DNA of 62,816 nucleotides, counting the filler. It is 5 parts of 5 records of this genome, joined end to end, with 100 filler letters (N's around TTAATTAATTAA, not from the genome) between each part and the next. Parts side by side here need not be neighbours in the genome. Positions count along the whole stretch, not along the records: positions 1 to 19,247 come from SRR31156797_14114; 4 more parts are not named here. One strand, 5' to 3'. Under the pieces are notes generated by a model. That model saw nothing but the letters and a program-made list of their open reading frames with translations, was not told the DNA's origin and searched no databases. Position numbers and translations under genes: made by a program. Shown piece by piece: positions 1 through 9,859 of this stretch (position 1 is its first letter; each line of letters begins with the position of its first letter).

Positions 1-1155
1 GATAAAGTTGGTAAAGATGGTGTTATCACTATCGAAGAGAACAAATCTACAGAGACTGTACTCGACGTTGTTGAAGGTATGCAGTTCGACAGAGGCTACC
101 TCTCACCTTACTTTGTAACTAATGCAGACAGCATGGAAGCAGTTCTTGAGAACCCATACATCCTTATGCTTGAAAGCAAAGTTTCTAACATGAAAGACAT
201 CCTTCCTGTTCTTGAGCAGCTCGCTAAAGAGAACTCACCATTTATCATCATCGCTGAAGATATCGAAGGTGAGGCTCTCGCTACTCTCGTTGTTAACAAA
301 CTTCGTGGAACACTTAACTGCTGCGCTGTTAAAGCTCCTGGCTTTGGCGACAGAAGAAAAGAGATGCTTAAAGACCTCGCTGTTCTTACTGGCGGCGTAG
401 TTGTTTCTGAAGAAGTTGGCATGAACATCAACCAGGTGACACTCGCTGACCTCGGACGTGCTAAGAAGATCGTTGTAGATAAAGAGAATACAGTTGTTGT
501 TGAAGGCGCTGGAAACATTGATGACATCACTGCAAGAGTGAATCAGATCAAAAGACAAGCTGAAGACACACCAAGTGATTACGATAGAGAGAAACTTCAG
601 GAGAGACTTGCTAAGCTTTCCGGTGGTGTTGCTGTAATTAAAGTCGGCGCTACTACAGAAGTTGAGATGAAAGAGAAGAAGGCTAGAGTTGAAGACGCAC
701 TTTCAGCTACTAAGGCTGCTGTTGAAGAAGGCATAGTACCTGGTGGTGGTGTTGCTCTCGTTCGTGCTCTCTCCGCACTCGAAGATGTTAAGCTGAGCGA
801 AGAGCAGCAGATCGGTGTTGAGCTTGTTAAGAAAGCTCTCACTTACCCACTTCGCCAGATCGTTTCTAACGCTGGTTTCGAAGCTTCTATCGTTGTTAAC
901 GAAATCGTTAAATCTGATTCAGATTCTTTCGGTTTTAACGCTTACTCAGAAGAGTATGTAGATATGCTCGAAGCTGGTATCATCGACCCAACTAAAGTTA
1001 CAAGATCAGCACTTCAGAACGCTGCTTCCGTAGCTTCACTCATGATCACTACTGAGGCTATCATCACTGATGTTAAAGTTGAAGGTGGTGGTGCTCCTGC
1101 TATGCCTGATATGGGCGGCATGGGCGGAATGGGTGGAATGGGCGGCATGATGTAA
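1..1155 (+). CDS. groL: Chaperonin GroEL, 5'-truncated at window edge
   Basis: Frame open from position 1 ([13 protein letters not shown]); motifs [32 protein letters not shown] and C-terminal GGM repeats. Confidence 0.99.
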   Translation, partial: DKVGKDGVITIEENKSTETVLDVVEGMQFDRGYLSPYFVTNADSMEAVLENPYILMLESKVSNMKDILPVLEQLAKENSPFIIIAEDIEGEALATLVVNKLRGTLNCCAVKAPGFGDRRKEMLKDLAVLTGGVVVSEEVGMNINQVTLADLGRAKKIVVDKENTVVVEGAGNIDDITARVNQIKRQAEDTPSDYDREKLQERLAKLSGGVAVIKVGATTEVEMKEKKARVEDALSATKAAVEEGIVPGGGVALVRALSALEDVKLSEEQQIGVELVKKALTYPLRQIVSNAGFEASIVVNEIVKSDSDSFGFNAYSEEYVDMLEAGIIDPTKVTRSALQNAASVASLMITTEAIITDVKVEGGGAPAMPDMGGMGGMGGMGGMM

Positions 1156-1157
1156 CC

Positions 1158-1279
1158 CTGGCTTCCCATAAACGTCGTTCTGCGGCGTCTGTTTTTTCTC
1201 GCTTGGGTCACATACTTTAGCGTATGCTCCCCTGCGGCTCGAAAAAACATCCTTGCATAACTTGTTTCTGAAAAGTCAG
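1158..1279. repeat. Long imperfect palindromic intergenic element (MITE/REP-like)
   Basis: Ends CTGGCTTCCCATAAAC / GTTTCTGAAAAGTCAG are imperfect inverted repeats; inner GTTTTTTC/GAAAAAAC and central CATAC-TTTAGC-GTATG pairings. Confidence 0.55.
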
Positions 1280-1307
1280 AACGAAATGTGCATCATATTC
1301 AAATCAG

Positions 1308-1341
1308 AAAGGAGACTCTTAGCGGGGTCTCCTTTTTTTTT
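1308..1341 (+). terminator. Rho-independent terminator after groEL
   Basis: AAAGGAGACTC-ttagcg-GGGTCTCCTTT hairpin followed by T run. Confidence 0.85.
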
Positions 1342-1529
1342 GTGCCAGTTAATTAATATTTTACATGTAAAATATGTCGCAGATTTATTCAAATAGTAGA
1401 ATATTCGAAAATATTAATGTTAACAGTTATCTATATAATGCCTTCGAATTGTCAATAATTGTTGCTTTTTTTTCATAAGTGAAATACTAATAATTATTGT
1501 CGTATGACCATTATTCTTGGGGGCTAAAA

Positions 1530-3527
1530 ATGAAATTCTTATTATCCTTATCTTTAAAGTCTAAATTTGTATTTATCGGTGTGCTGCTTTTTATGTTTGT
1601 GGGGGCACTTGTTGTCAACCAGATCTACTCCAGAGCTAACATCGACAGAGAGATCAGAGAGATTATGAACACAAAAGTTCAGGCAAAGATCACCACTCTC
1701 GAGATTACAGCAAATACAAATTATATCAGCCGTCTTACCAGAAATATTATGCTCGGCTCAAACTACGACAAAGATATGAAGAAATTTTATGCTCGTCAGA
1801 AAGCTGTACAGGAAGCTTATAAAAGATATGAGTCTTTCAATCTCACTCCTGATCAGATGTCAGTGGTTTTAAAGGCGAAAAAAGCTTCTGAGGATTTTAT
1901 TGGCAAATGTCAGGAGATACTTGAAAATGGTAAGAGCCTGCCTCCATCAGAGAGAAATAAGCTTTATGCTATTTATAAGGTGGAAGCAACTCCGCCCGCT
2001 GTCGAATCAAGAAAATACTTCGGACAGCTTATAAAGTTCATAGATGCCGGGTACGATTCATCAATAAATGGTTTTATGACAAATATGTCCAAAGGCTCGG
2101 ATTTAGTGAATATTTTCTCTATTGTGTCTCTCATTGTGCTTGTTTTTATGCTGATTCTGTTTTATTCCATAACAGCTAAACCACTTGTCGATATAGTTAA
2201 TGTTATGAAAGAGCTATCAAGCGGTGGCGGAAACCTAACAGCGAGAATGCCTGATTTATCTAAAGATCCAGAGGCTGAGAAGGGTGTTATCAAACGCCTC
2301 GCAATAGAATTTAATAAGTACCTGGATAATATTGACAAGGAATTTGCGTCAACGGTTCTAATGGTGGGTGATGCCAGTGAGCATACTATGCCTGTTTCAA
2401 CTGCGGCTATCAAAGTTCGCGATGCCATTGAGGTTAACTCCGTTCTCGCAACACAGGTTGTAGCTTCAACAGAGGAGATGGTTTCAACAGTTCACGATAT
2501 CTCCAGATCAGCGGAAGACTCAGCAACTAAGGCTAATGAAACTGTTGAGCTTGCAAAAGCGGGCAGTCAATATATTGAAGAATCTAAAAATGCAGGCGAG
2601 AACATGGTCAGTATTATAGATTCGCTTGAAATGGACATTACAGACCTCACAAGTAAAGCTTCTGAAATTGGCGGTGTAATATCTGTTATTGACGATATTT
2701 CAGACCAGACAAACCTCCTCGCACTTAATGCCGCTATCGAGGCTGCGAGAGCCGGAGAGGCAGGGAGAGGATTTGCTGTTGTTGCTGACGAGGTAAGGAA
2801 GCTGGCAGAAAAGACTCAGTCGTCAACAAAAGAGATTGAGAATATGGTCGGCTCTATGACTGACAACATAGAGAAAGTCAGCAGTGGTGCGGCTAATGTT
2901 GTCTCTGCACTGGGAACTCAGAAGCAGGCTACGGACAATGCATATACTAATTTCAATGTGATACTCGATTCTATCGAAGACCTGAGTTCGATCATAACAA
3001 GTATTTCGGCGGCAGTTGCACAGCAGTCTGCCACAACTCAGGAGATTATGAATAGTATAGGCGGGGTGTCGGATAGCTCTGAAAATACGAAAATTATTAT
3101 CTATGATATGGTTAAAGATACTGAGAGCCTTCTTGCAAGCATCAGGGGTATCTCTGAAATGTATGGTAAATTTACACTTTCAAATAAAGCCTTCTATTTT
3201 GCACTTGCAAAAATCGCCCATGTAAACCTTATGAAGTCCGTATTTGAATGCTACTCAGGCGGTAAGTGCAGTTTTAACCTTCCGACCCATGAAACATGTT
3301 CGTTTGGAGAGTTTTACTACGGAAAAGGTATGGAGCTTTTCAGCGATGATATGGATTATAAAGCTATGGAAGCACCGCATAAGAGGGTTCACGACTTATC
3401 ACATGAGTTGATTAGTGTTATCAAGGGTGGTAACAAGCATGAAGCTGAATCTAAGTTCCTTGAGCTGGAGGACTATGTTAACCAGCTTGTAGCTATGCTG
3501 GACACTATGATTGCAAAGTATAAATAG
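1530..3527 (+). CDS. Methyl-accepting chemotaxis protein with periplasmic sensor and C-terminal CZB domain
   Basis: Two TM helices; MCP signature [38 protein letters not shown]-terminal H...[11 protein letters not shown]...HKRVH zinc-binding pattern; ATG at 1530 preferred over TTG 1497. Confidence 0.93.
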   Translation: MKFLLSLSLKSKFVFIGVLLFMFVGALVVNQIYSRANIDREIREIMNTKVQAKITTLEITANTNYISRLTRNIMLGSNYDKDMKKFYARQKAVQEAYKRYESFNLTPDQMSVVLKAKKASEDFIGKCQEILENGKSLPPSERNKLYAIYKVEATPPAVESRKYFGQLIKFIDAGYDSSINGFMTNMSKGSDLVNIFSIVSLIVLVFMLILFYSITAKPLVDIVNVMKELSSGGGNLTARMPDLSKDPEAEKGVIKRLAIEFNKYLDNIDKEFASTVLMVGDASEHTMPVSTAAIKVRDAIEVNSVLATQVVASTEEMVSTVHDISRSAEDSATKANETVELAKAGSQYIEESKNAGENMVSIIDSLEMDITDLTSKASEIGGVISVIDDISDQTNLLALNAAIEAARAGEAGRGFAVVADEVRKLAEKTQSSTKEIENMVGSMTDNIEKVSSGAANVVSALGTQKQATDNAYTNFNVILDSIEDLSSIITSISAAVAQQSATTQEIMNSIGGVSDSSENTKIIIYDMVKDTESLLASIRGISEMYGKFTLSNKAFYFALAKIAHVNLMKSVFECYSGGKCSFNLPTHETCSFGEFYYGKGMELFSDDMDYKAMEAPHKRVHDLSHELISVIKGGNKHEAESKFLELEDYVNQLVAMLDTMIAKYK

Positions 3528-3535
3528 TAAACTGC

Positions 3536-3560
3536 GGGCTCCTTAGCGGGGGCCCTTTTT
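3536..3560 (+). terminator. Rho-independent terminator after MCP
   Basis: GGGCTCC-ttagcg-GGGGCCC followed by TTTTT. Confidence 0.7.
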
Positions 3561-3719
3561 GTTTATGATGACGGTATAGATCCCTACCGAGGCGGCTATA
3601 GCAAAAAATATGAGCGCACGAGGCAGGACGTCTTCTTTGAATTCTGTAAAATGCTGCCTTACCATTTCGAATCCGAGTGTTGTAAAAACAATAATAATCA
3701 AAAATCTGAACGTTTTCAT
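3543..3719 (-). CDS. Small 58-aa two-TM membrane protein (not in ORF track)
   Basis: Manual translation MKTFRFLIIIVFTTLGFEMVRQHFTEFKEDVLPRALIFFAIAASVGIYTVIINKKGPR*; GAGGA RBS upstream; fills the intergenic gap. Confidence 0.65.
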   Translation of the reverse strand: MKTFRFLIIIVFTTLGFEMVRQHFTEFKEDVLPRALIFFAIAASVGIYTVIINKKGPR

Positions 3720-3785
3720 ATATGTTTCCTCATTAATTAAATAGGTTTATTTACATGAAAAAAACTTGGAGCTATTATATCTGTT

Positions 3786-4481
3786 ATGAAGAATATACTT
3801 ATTATTAAAGCCGGGTCAACCTTTGAAGAGATAACTCAGGCGCACGGCGAGTTTGATCAGATGGTAATAGAGCGTATGGGTGATGCTGACCACTTTGTGG
3901 TTGATGTTGAAAAAGGTGAAAAGCTTCCTGAGCTTGCTGGGATATCAGGCGTAATCATGACAGGCTCCCACAGCATGGTTTCTGAGAAACTGACCTGGAG
4001 CGAAGAGACCGCCCTTTGGGTTAGGAAAGCTGTGGATGGAGATATCCCATATCTCGGTTTGTGCTACGGTCATCAACTTCTAGCTTACGCTATGGGTGGA
4101 GAGGCGGGGTATAATCCTAACGGGCTTGAGATAGGGACAGCGCAGATAAGCCGTATTGATGTGAGCGATCCGCTCTTCTCTTCAATGCCGGAAACTTTCG
4201 ATGGTCACGTAATCCATATGCAGTCAGCCATTACTTTGCCACATGGCTCTGTTCGTCTGGCTGAAAATGCCCACGACGCTAACCACGCCTTCAGAATAGG
4301 AGAGCATGCATGGGGTGTACAGTTTCATCCGGAATTCAGCGCAGGTATAATACGTGGATATGTTGAAAGGTATAAAGATCAGATTGATTACAAAAAGACA
4401 GTTTCTGGTATAACAGAGACACCGGAAGCGACATCTATTCTGAAGCTTTTCACAGACTACTGCTCAGGTATTAAATCTTAG
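3786..4481 (+). CDS. Type 1 glutamine amidotransferase (GMP-synthase-like GATase domain)
   Basis: LGLCYGHQLLA nucleophile elbow and QFHPE His-Glu motif. Confidence 0.92.
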   Translation: MKNILIIKAGSTFEEITQAHGEFDQMVIERMGDADHFVVDVEKGEKLPELAGISGVIMTGSHSMVSEKLTWSEETALWVRKAVDGDIPYLGLCYGHQLLAYAMGGEAGYNPNGLEIGTAQISRIDVSDPLFSSMPETFDGHVIHMQSAITLPHGSVRLAENAHDANHAFRIGEHAWGVQFHPEFSAGIIRGYVERYKDQIDYKKTVSGITETPEATSILKLFTDYCSGIKS

Positions 4482-4687
4482 TCGTACTCTTTAACCGGCT
4501 CTTCTTCTGTTTCATTGTTAAAAGTCAGAACACTTTTTGCTGATAAAACAAGCAGTATTGCGAAAATGGCGAAGCTGACCATAGATTCGTTATACGCTGT
4601 AACGGTACCCCATCTGCTATATTCCTGATATCTTATCAATCCGTAAATAGCAAAGATACCGAGAATAAGAACTCTGAAAAAAATCAT
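4478..4687 (-). CDS. Small two-TM membrane protein
   Basis: 69 aa, two hydrophobic segments, acidic tail; GGAGG RBS upstream. Confidence 0.7.
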   Translation of the reverse strand: MIFFRVLILGIFAIYGLIRYQEYSRWGTVTAYNESMVSFAIFAILLVLSAKSVLTFNNETEEEPVKEYD

Positions 4688-4889
4688 AGCATCCTCCGTG
4701 TATTTCTAATAGTATAGAATACTAGAACGATGTTTGCATTAAAAAAGTCAAGTATAGCAAGAAAAGTGCGGTGTATTTTACTGATAATGAATTAACATGT
4801 CGAGATTTTAAACAGTAGTTTAATTATTCTGCTTTCGGGGGTAATTGCAGTTTTACTGTGAATAAATGGTTTTATATATAGTTGAAAAC

Positions 4890-5714
4890 TTACTGAGGGC
4901 GGATGTGCGTATTCATGTCTTTGCAACCTTCAGACTTGTTTGAGCAGACGGTATTCTTCCCTTTCCCTTTTGCGCAGTAAAGATATCTGTCAGCTTCAGC
5001 GATAACTTTCTCAAAAGTGTCGATGCTACTTCCGTGTCTAACTTCGATCACGCCTATGCTGAGAGTGATCTCCACTGTGTCAGTGCCGGAAGTGAATTTG
5101 AGGCTGTTGACCTTCTCTTTTATCTTCTCTGCAACCGTGATAGCGTTATCAAGATTTGTATATGGAAGTATTATCGCAAACTCATCACCACCGAAGCGCC
5201 CTGTTATGTCTGATTTTCTGACAGTTGACAGCAAGGTTTTTCCCACGGTTTTCAGTACAAGATCACCAAGCCCGTGTCCATATTTGTCGTTAATAGGTTT
5301 GAAGTTATCCACATCGAAGAGTATGAAGGAGAAGTGTCCTTCGGATGATCTCTGGTTGCGTGCAAACTCCATTTCGAGAAGCTCGATTAAAGCCCGCCTG
5401 TTGTAAACTCTTGTGAGATAGTCGTGTCTCGATATTTTCAGCATAATTCTAAAGAAGCGGAGCATCTCTATGAATCTTGCGAAAGAGAAAATAGTGTATA
5501 CCAGAAATGCTGACAGCAGGAAATTGATCACAATGTCCATGTTGTACATCTGGTGTTTGTAGCCGTATTTGTGGATTGCATTTACGAGGTCGATCTTTTC
5601 TGCGAAGAAGAATAACAGCATTCCGAAAGCGAACGCAAAGATACTGTCCCTGAGAAGAGCCTTTTTCATCCCTTTCACAATGTTCATCGTGGATTTGCTT
5701 ATATCATCGCTCAT
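4890..5714 (-). CDS. Membrane-anchored diguanylate cyclase (GGDEF)
   Basis: DYLTRVYNRR, DVDNFKPINDKYGH, RKSD I-site and GRFGGDEF; two N-terminal TM segments. Confidence 0.92.
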   Translation of the reverse strand: MSDDISKSTMNIVKGMKKALLRDSIFAFAFGMLLFFFAEKIDLVNAIHKYGYKHQMYNMDIVINFLLSAFLVYTIFSFARFIEMLRFFRIMLKISRHDYLTRVYNRRALIELLEMEFARNQRSSEGHFSFILFDVDNFKPINDKYGHGLGDLVLKTVGKTLLSTVRKSDITGRFGGDEFAIILPYTNLDNAITVAEKIKEKVNSLKFTSGTDTVEITLSIGVIEVRHGSSIDTFEKVIAEADRYLYCAKGKGKNTVCSNKSEGCKDMNTHIRPQ

Positions 5715-5842
5715 AATAAAATTATACCGATTTAGTAAGATTAAGTTATATCAATAAGATACTATTAATGCAATTAAATTACAAAGAATAATACAAATAA
5801 ATATTGATTGCTATCGCTCGCTGTTGCTGGCAAAATAATTTT

Positions 5843-7315
5843 ATGTTTAAAAAGTTTTTCAACGGCCGTATCTTCAATATACAAGTGAAGATATCCATTT
5901 TGATTTTTTTTATTATGATGGCGTTCAGTATTGCCATCGGGCATAAGATGAACGAAAACGTTAAACGTGAGACCTATCAGATTACCGGTAAGTATATTGA
6001 GTCAATCCCGTATCTTGTTAATAGCGCAATGTATAATTTCATGCTTAATGGTGATAGACAGTCTATAAAACGCCTCGTTTTGCAGCTTCAGAGTGATAGG
6101 AATATCATGGGCGTACACATCTTTGACAACGACTGGAAGCTTACAGAAAGCCTGCCGGAGCTACTATATAGATATGATGATCAATACATAGATACGATAG
6201 TCAGAAATAGAATAGGTGACGGGTTTAAAGAAGCGAAGTTTGGTGATAGAAATGTAATGTCTTACTACTCGCCAATAAGAAATAGCGAAGAATGCCGCAT
6301 ATGCCACCTGAAAAGCGAAGGTGAGATACTCGGCTATATCAATATAAATATCGACCTTACATACCTTACTGATATCCTTGGAAAAGATGCTGCGAATGTT
6401 CGTAAGATTCTTATGTTTTCAAGTGTCGGGCTGTTTTTGATAGTTGTGATACTTGTTGATATACTCGTTACACGACCTTTGCACAGGCTTGAGAAGGCTA
6501 TGCAGGAAGTTGCGAATAACAACCTTGAGGTGCGGCTTGAGGTTAAGTCTGAGGATGAATTCGGGCGCATGTCCAGCCTGTTTAACTATATGGTCTACTC
6601 TCTACGAAAATCATTCAGCACTATAAGTAATATACATAAGAACATGATGCATAACGACAGGCTTATGACCATAGGTACGCTCACCGCTGCCGTGAGCCAC
6701 GAGATTAAAAATCCGCTTAACTCTATCATGCTTAATTCTGATATCCTCGCTATGAAGTGCAAGGAAGAGAAGGGGTACACCGATAAGATACTTGCCGATG
6801 CAGACCGGATAAAAGATATCATAGACAATACTCTTAATTTTTCCCGTTTTGATGATGAGCAGTCTATTAAAGAGGTGAACCTGAATAGTTTTATGGCTGA
6901 TGTCCAGCTTTACGCCGAGCGTACAATCCTTAAGTGGACGGATATACCTCTTATGACAGATGTCGCCGAAGAGCTTGGTGTTATTAATGCGAACCCTGTA
7001 CACCTCGAGCAGATACTTCTGAACCTTATCCGTAATGCTGTTGAGGCTGTGGAAGAATCGGAGAGTCCTATGCTCTGGCTGAGGGCTATGCTCGATGACG
7101 GTAATATTGTGATAAGCATCGCAGATAACGGTAAAGGTATGCCTGAGCAGATAAAAGAGATGGTCTTTAACGAGTTCTACACAACAAAGGCGACAGGTAC
7201 GGGGATAGGTCTTTACATTGTGAAGGAGCTTGTGAGCAAATATAACGGTAAAATTGAGCTGGAATCCGAGCAGGGGCACGGTACAACATTCACAATCACA
7301 CTTCCATCGGGGTAG
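5843..7315 (+). CDS. Sensor histidine kinase with HAMP domain and periplasmic CxxCH motif
   Basis: H-box VSHEIKNPL, N/G boxes (NLIRNA, DNGKG, GTGIGL), HAMP; CRICH between the two TMs. Confidence 0.92.
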   Translation: MFKKFFNGRIFNIQVKISILIFFIMMAFSIAIGHKMNENVKRETYQITGKYIESIPYLVNSAMYNFMLNGDRQSIKRLVLQLQSDRNIMGVHIFDNDWKLTESLPELLYRYDDQYIDTIVRNRIGDGFKEAKFGDRNVMSYYSPIRNSEECRICHLKSEGEILGYININIDLTYLTDILGKDAANVRKILMFSSVGLFLIVVILVDILVTRPLHRLEKAMQEVANNNLEVRLEVKSEDEFGRMSSLFNYMVYSLRKSFSTISNIHKNMMHNDRLMTIGTLTAAVSHEIKNPLNSIMLNSDILAMKCKEEKGYTDKILADADRIKDIIDNTLNFSRFDDEQSIKEVNLNSFMADVQLYAERTILKWTDIPLMTDVAEELGVINANPVHLEQILLNLIRNAVEAVEESESPMLWLRAMLDDGNIVISIADNGKGMPEQIKEMVFNEFYTTKATGTGIGLYIVKELVSKYNGKIELESEQGHGTTFTITLPSG

Positions 7316-7411
7316 ACGCTTTCTAGTCTCCCTTAACTTTTTTAATTCTACCGGAACTTTTTACTTTACATTCCTTCAGCTTTTTACTATATTACAAATC
7401 CACCATTAAAT

Positions 7412-7472
7412 GTCACTCTGAGGGTAGTGAGTAGTCTGATGCTTACAGATGCTTCGTTTCGCTCAGCATGAC
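7412..7472. repeat. REP-like palindromic repeat (GTCA...TGAC class)
   Basis: GTCACTCTGAG...GATGCTTCGTTTCGCTCAGCATGAC with complementary ends; first 12 nt identical to the element at 9579. Confidence 0.6.
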
Positions 7473-7513
7473 TTGAAAATGAAATTTTAATAGAAATATA
7501 TAAGGAGCTATTT

Positions 7514-8914
7514 ATGGGAAAGAACCTTTTTACCAAGGTTTGGGAAAAGCACGCAGTTAGAGTGCTCCCCAACGGACAAACCCAGCTTTTCATCGGTATG
7601 CACCTCATCCACGAGGTAACAAGCCCGCAAGCTTTCGCTATGCTGAGAGATCTGGATATCAAAGTGGCATTTCCTGAGAGAACTTTCGCCACTGTTGACC
7701 ACATCATCCCAACAGATGAAGTGAACAGAAAGAGACCATACGCTGATCCTCTCGCAGAAGAGATGATGCAGGCTATAGAGAACAACACAAAAGAGAATGG
7801 GATTACATTTTTCAACCCTGAGTCTGAGAAGCAGGGTGTTGTTCACATCGTAGGTCCTGAGCAGGGTCTTACTCAGCCGGGCACAACGGTAGCATGTGGT
7901 GATTCCCACACAGCGACACACGGTGCTTTCGGCGCTATCGCTTTCGGTATAGGTACATCTCAGGTGCGTGACGTTCTCGCTACACAGACAATGTCTATCG
8001 CTCCTTTTAAGGTTAGAAGAATTGAGATCAACGGCAAGCTTAAGCCTGGTGTTTACGCTAAAGACGTTATCCTCTACATAATCAGCAAGCTCGGAGTGGC
8101 CGGCGGAACTGGCTACGCATACGAGTTCGCAGGTGACGTCATCGACAATATGTCAATGGAAGGGAGAATGACTGTCTGTAATATGGCTATCGAAGGCGGA
8201 GCTAGAGTTGGCTACATAAACCCTGACGAGACAACTTTTGAATACATCAAAGGGAAGCCGTACGCTCCTAAAGGTAACTGGGACGAAATGGTTGACTACT
8301 GGAAGTCTGTGGCTTCTGATGCTGATGCTGAGTATGACGATGTTATCAAATATAACGGCGAAGATATAGAGCCTATGGTTACTTGGGGTATCAATCCTGA
8401 GCAGACTATTAAAATCTCTGAGCAGATTCCTGCACCGACTAATGACGTTATGGAAGAAGCTCTTGAGTACACCGGCTTTGCTGGTGGCGAGCTTATGAAG
8501 GGTAAGGCTGTTGACGTGGTTTTCATCGGTAGCTGTACAAATGGTCGTATCGAGGATTTCCGTGAGGCGGCTAAGTATGCTAAAGGGCGCAAGGTTGCTG
8601 AGGGTGTTCGTGCTCTCGCGGTTCCGGGTTCTTTCGGTGTGCGTGATCAAGCTGTTGAAGAAGGTCTCGACAAGATTTTCAGAGAAGCTGGATTCGAGTG
8701 GAGAGAGCCGGGCTGTTCTATGTGCCTCGCTATGAACCCTGACAAGCTTGTTGGAAGAGAGATTTCCGCTTCAACATCAAACAGAAACTTCAAAGGTAGG
8801 CAGGGTTCGTCAACTGGGCGGACATTGCTTGTTTCACCGGTAATGGCTGTGGCTGCCGCAGTTACAGGTCAGATCAGTGACTGTCGTGAAGTATTTGAAA
8901 TAGAGGGGGCGTAA
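7514..8914 (+). CDS. leuC: 3-isopropylmalate dehydratase large subunit
   Basis: [46 protein letters not shown]. Confidence 0.98.
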   Translation: MGKNLFTKVWEKHAVRVLPNGQTQLFIGMHLIHEVTSPQAFAMLRDLDIKVAFPERTFATVDHIIPTDEVNRKRPYADPLAEEMMQAIENNTKENGITFFNPESEKQGVVHIVGPEQGLTQPGTTVACGDSHTATHGAFGAIAFGIGTSQVRDVLATQTMSIAPFKVRRIEINGKLKPGVYAKDVILYIISKLGVAGGTGYAYEFAGDVIDNMSMEGRMTVCNMAIEGGARVGYINPDETTFEYIKGKPYAPKGNWDEMVDYWKSVASDADAEYDDVIKYNGEDIEPMVTWGINPEQTIKISEQIPAPTNDVMEEALEYTGFAGGELMKGKAVDVVFIGSCTNGRIEDFREAAKYAKGRKVAEGVRALAVPGSFGVRDQAVEEGLDKIFREAGFEWREPGCSMCLAMNPDKLVGREISASTSNRNFKGRQGSSTGRTLLVSPVMAVAAAVTGQISDCREVFEIEGA

Positions 8915-8915
8915 G

Positions 8916-9521
8916 ATGGCACTTGGTAAAATAGAAAAAGTAATCGGTAACGCAGTTCCTGTTCCCGGTGACGATATAGATACGGATAGAATTATCCCTG
9001 CACGCTTCCTTAAGTGTGTGACATTTGATGCTCTCGGCGAGCAGCTTTTCTACGATGTACGTTTTGACGAAAATGGTAAGTCGCTTAACTTTCCTATCGA
9101 TCAGGCTCAGTACAAGGGCGCGAACATTATCGTGAGCGGAAACAACTTCGGTTGCGGTTCATCACGTGAGCACGCTCCACAGTCTATTAAAAAGGCTGGC
9201 TTTGACGCTGTTATAGCTGGTAGCTACGCTGAGATTTTCTACGGAAACAGTACAACTCTCGGTATCGTCTGCGCTGAAGCGACAGATGAGGTGCGAGCTG
9301 AGCTTATGGCTGCTATCGAAGCAAATCCAGCTGAGAAGATGGAGCTTGATGTTGCGGCATCTGTGGCTAGGTTTAACGGGAAAGAATACCCCGTGAGCAT
9401 AAAGCCGAACGCACAGAAAGCTTTCCTCGAAGGTAGCTACGATGCACTTGCCGAACTTCTTAACGGACTTGATCAGGTTAAGGAGCTTGAGGCGGCGCTT
9501 CCGTACTCCTTCAAAGCTTAA
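8916..9521 (+). CDS. leuD: 3-isopropylmalate dehydratase small subunit
   Basis: DIDTDRIIPARFL, NFGCGSSREHA; follows leuC directly. Confidence 0.98.
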   Translation: MALGKIEKVIGNAVPVPGDDIDTDRIIPARFLKCVTFDALGEQLFYDVRFDENGKSLNFPIDQAQYKGANIIVSGNNFGCGSSREHAPQSIKKAGFDAVIAGSYAEIFYGNSTTLGIVCAEATDEVRAELMAAIEANPAEKMELDVAASVARFNGKEYPVSIKPNAQKAFLEGSYDALAELLNGLDQVKELEAALPYSFKA

Positions 9522-9537
9522 TAATATAAAATAAATA

Positions 9538-9577
9538 CGTCACTGTTGGATATCAATCCGGCAGTGGCGACCCTTTT
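9538..9577 (+). terminator. Hairpin, probable terminator after leuD
   Basis: CGTCACTGTTGGA-tatcaa-TCCGGCAGTGGCG then short T run. Confidence 0.5.
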
Positions 9578-9578
9578 A

Positions 9579-9684
9579 GTCACTCTGAGGCTTTGTTAGA
9601 AGCCGTTAGAGCCCCAGCTGGTGTAAATTAGTTGACCTTAGGTCGAGATTGCCACGTCGATACTTTGTATCTCCTCGCAATGAC
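9579..9684. repeat. REP-like palindromic repeat (GTCA...TGAC class)
   Basis: Starts GTCACTCTGAGG, ends GAGATTGCCACGTCG...CTCCTCGCAATGAC, resembling widespread palindromic intergenic repeats. Confidence 0.6.
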
Positions 9685-9859
9685 AAATTAGGGCGTGTTT
9701 CTCTTACATAAGACCTTTTTTGTATAGAATGTCGAAATATTGCTATAAGATTTTTCTATAATACTCTCGTAAATCATTATATTTCATAATAAACTTCTTG
9801 AAATCGTACATATATATGTAGTAGTATGTATGCGTAAAAATATAGACGTAGAGGGAAAA

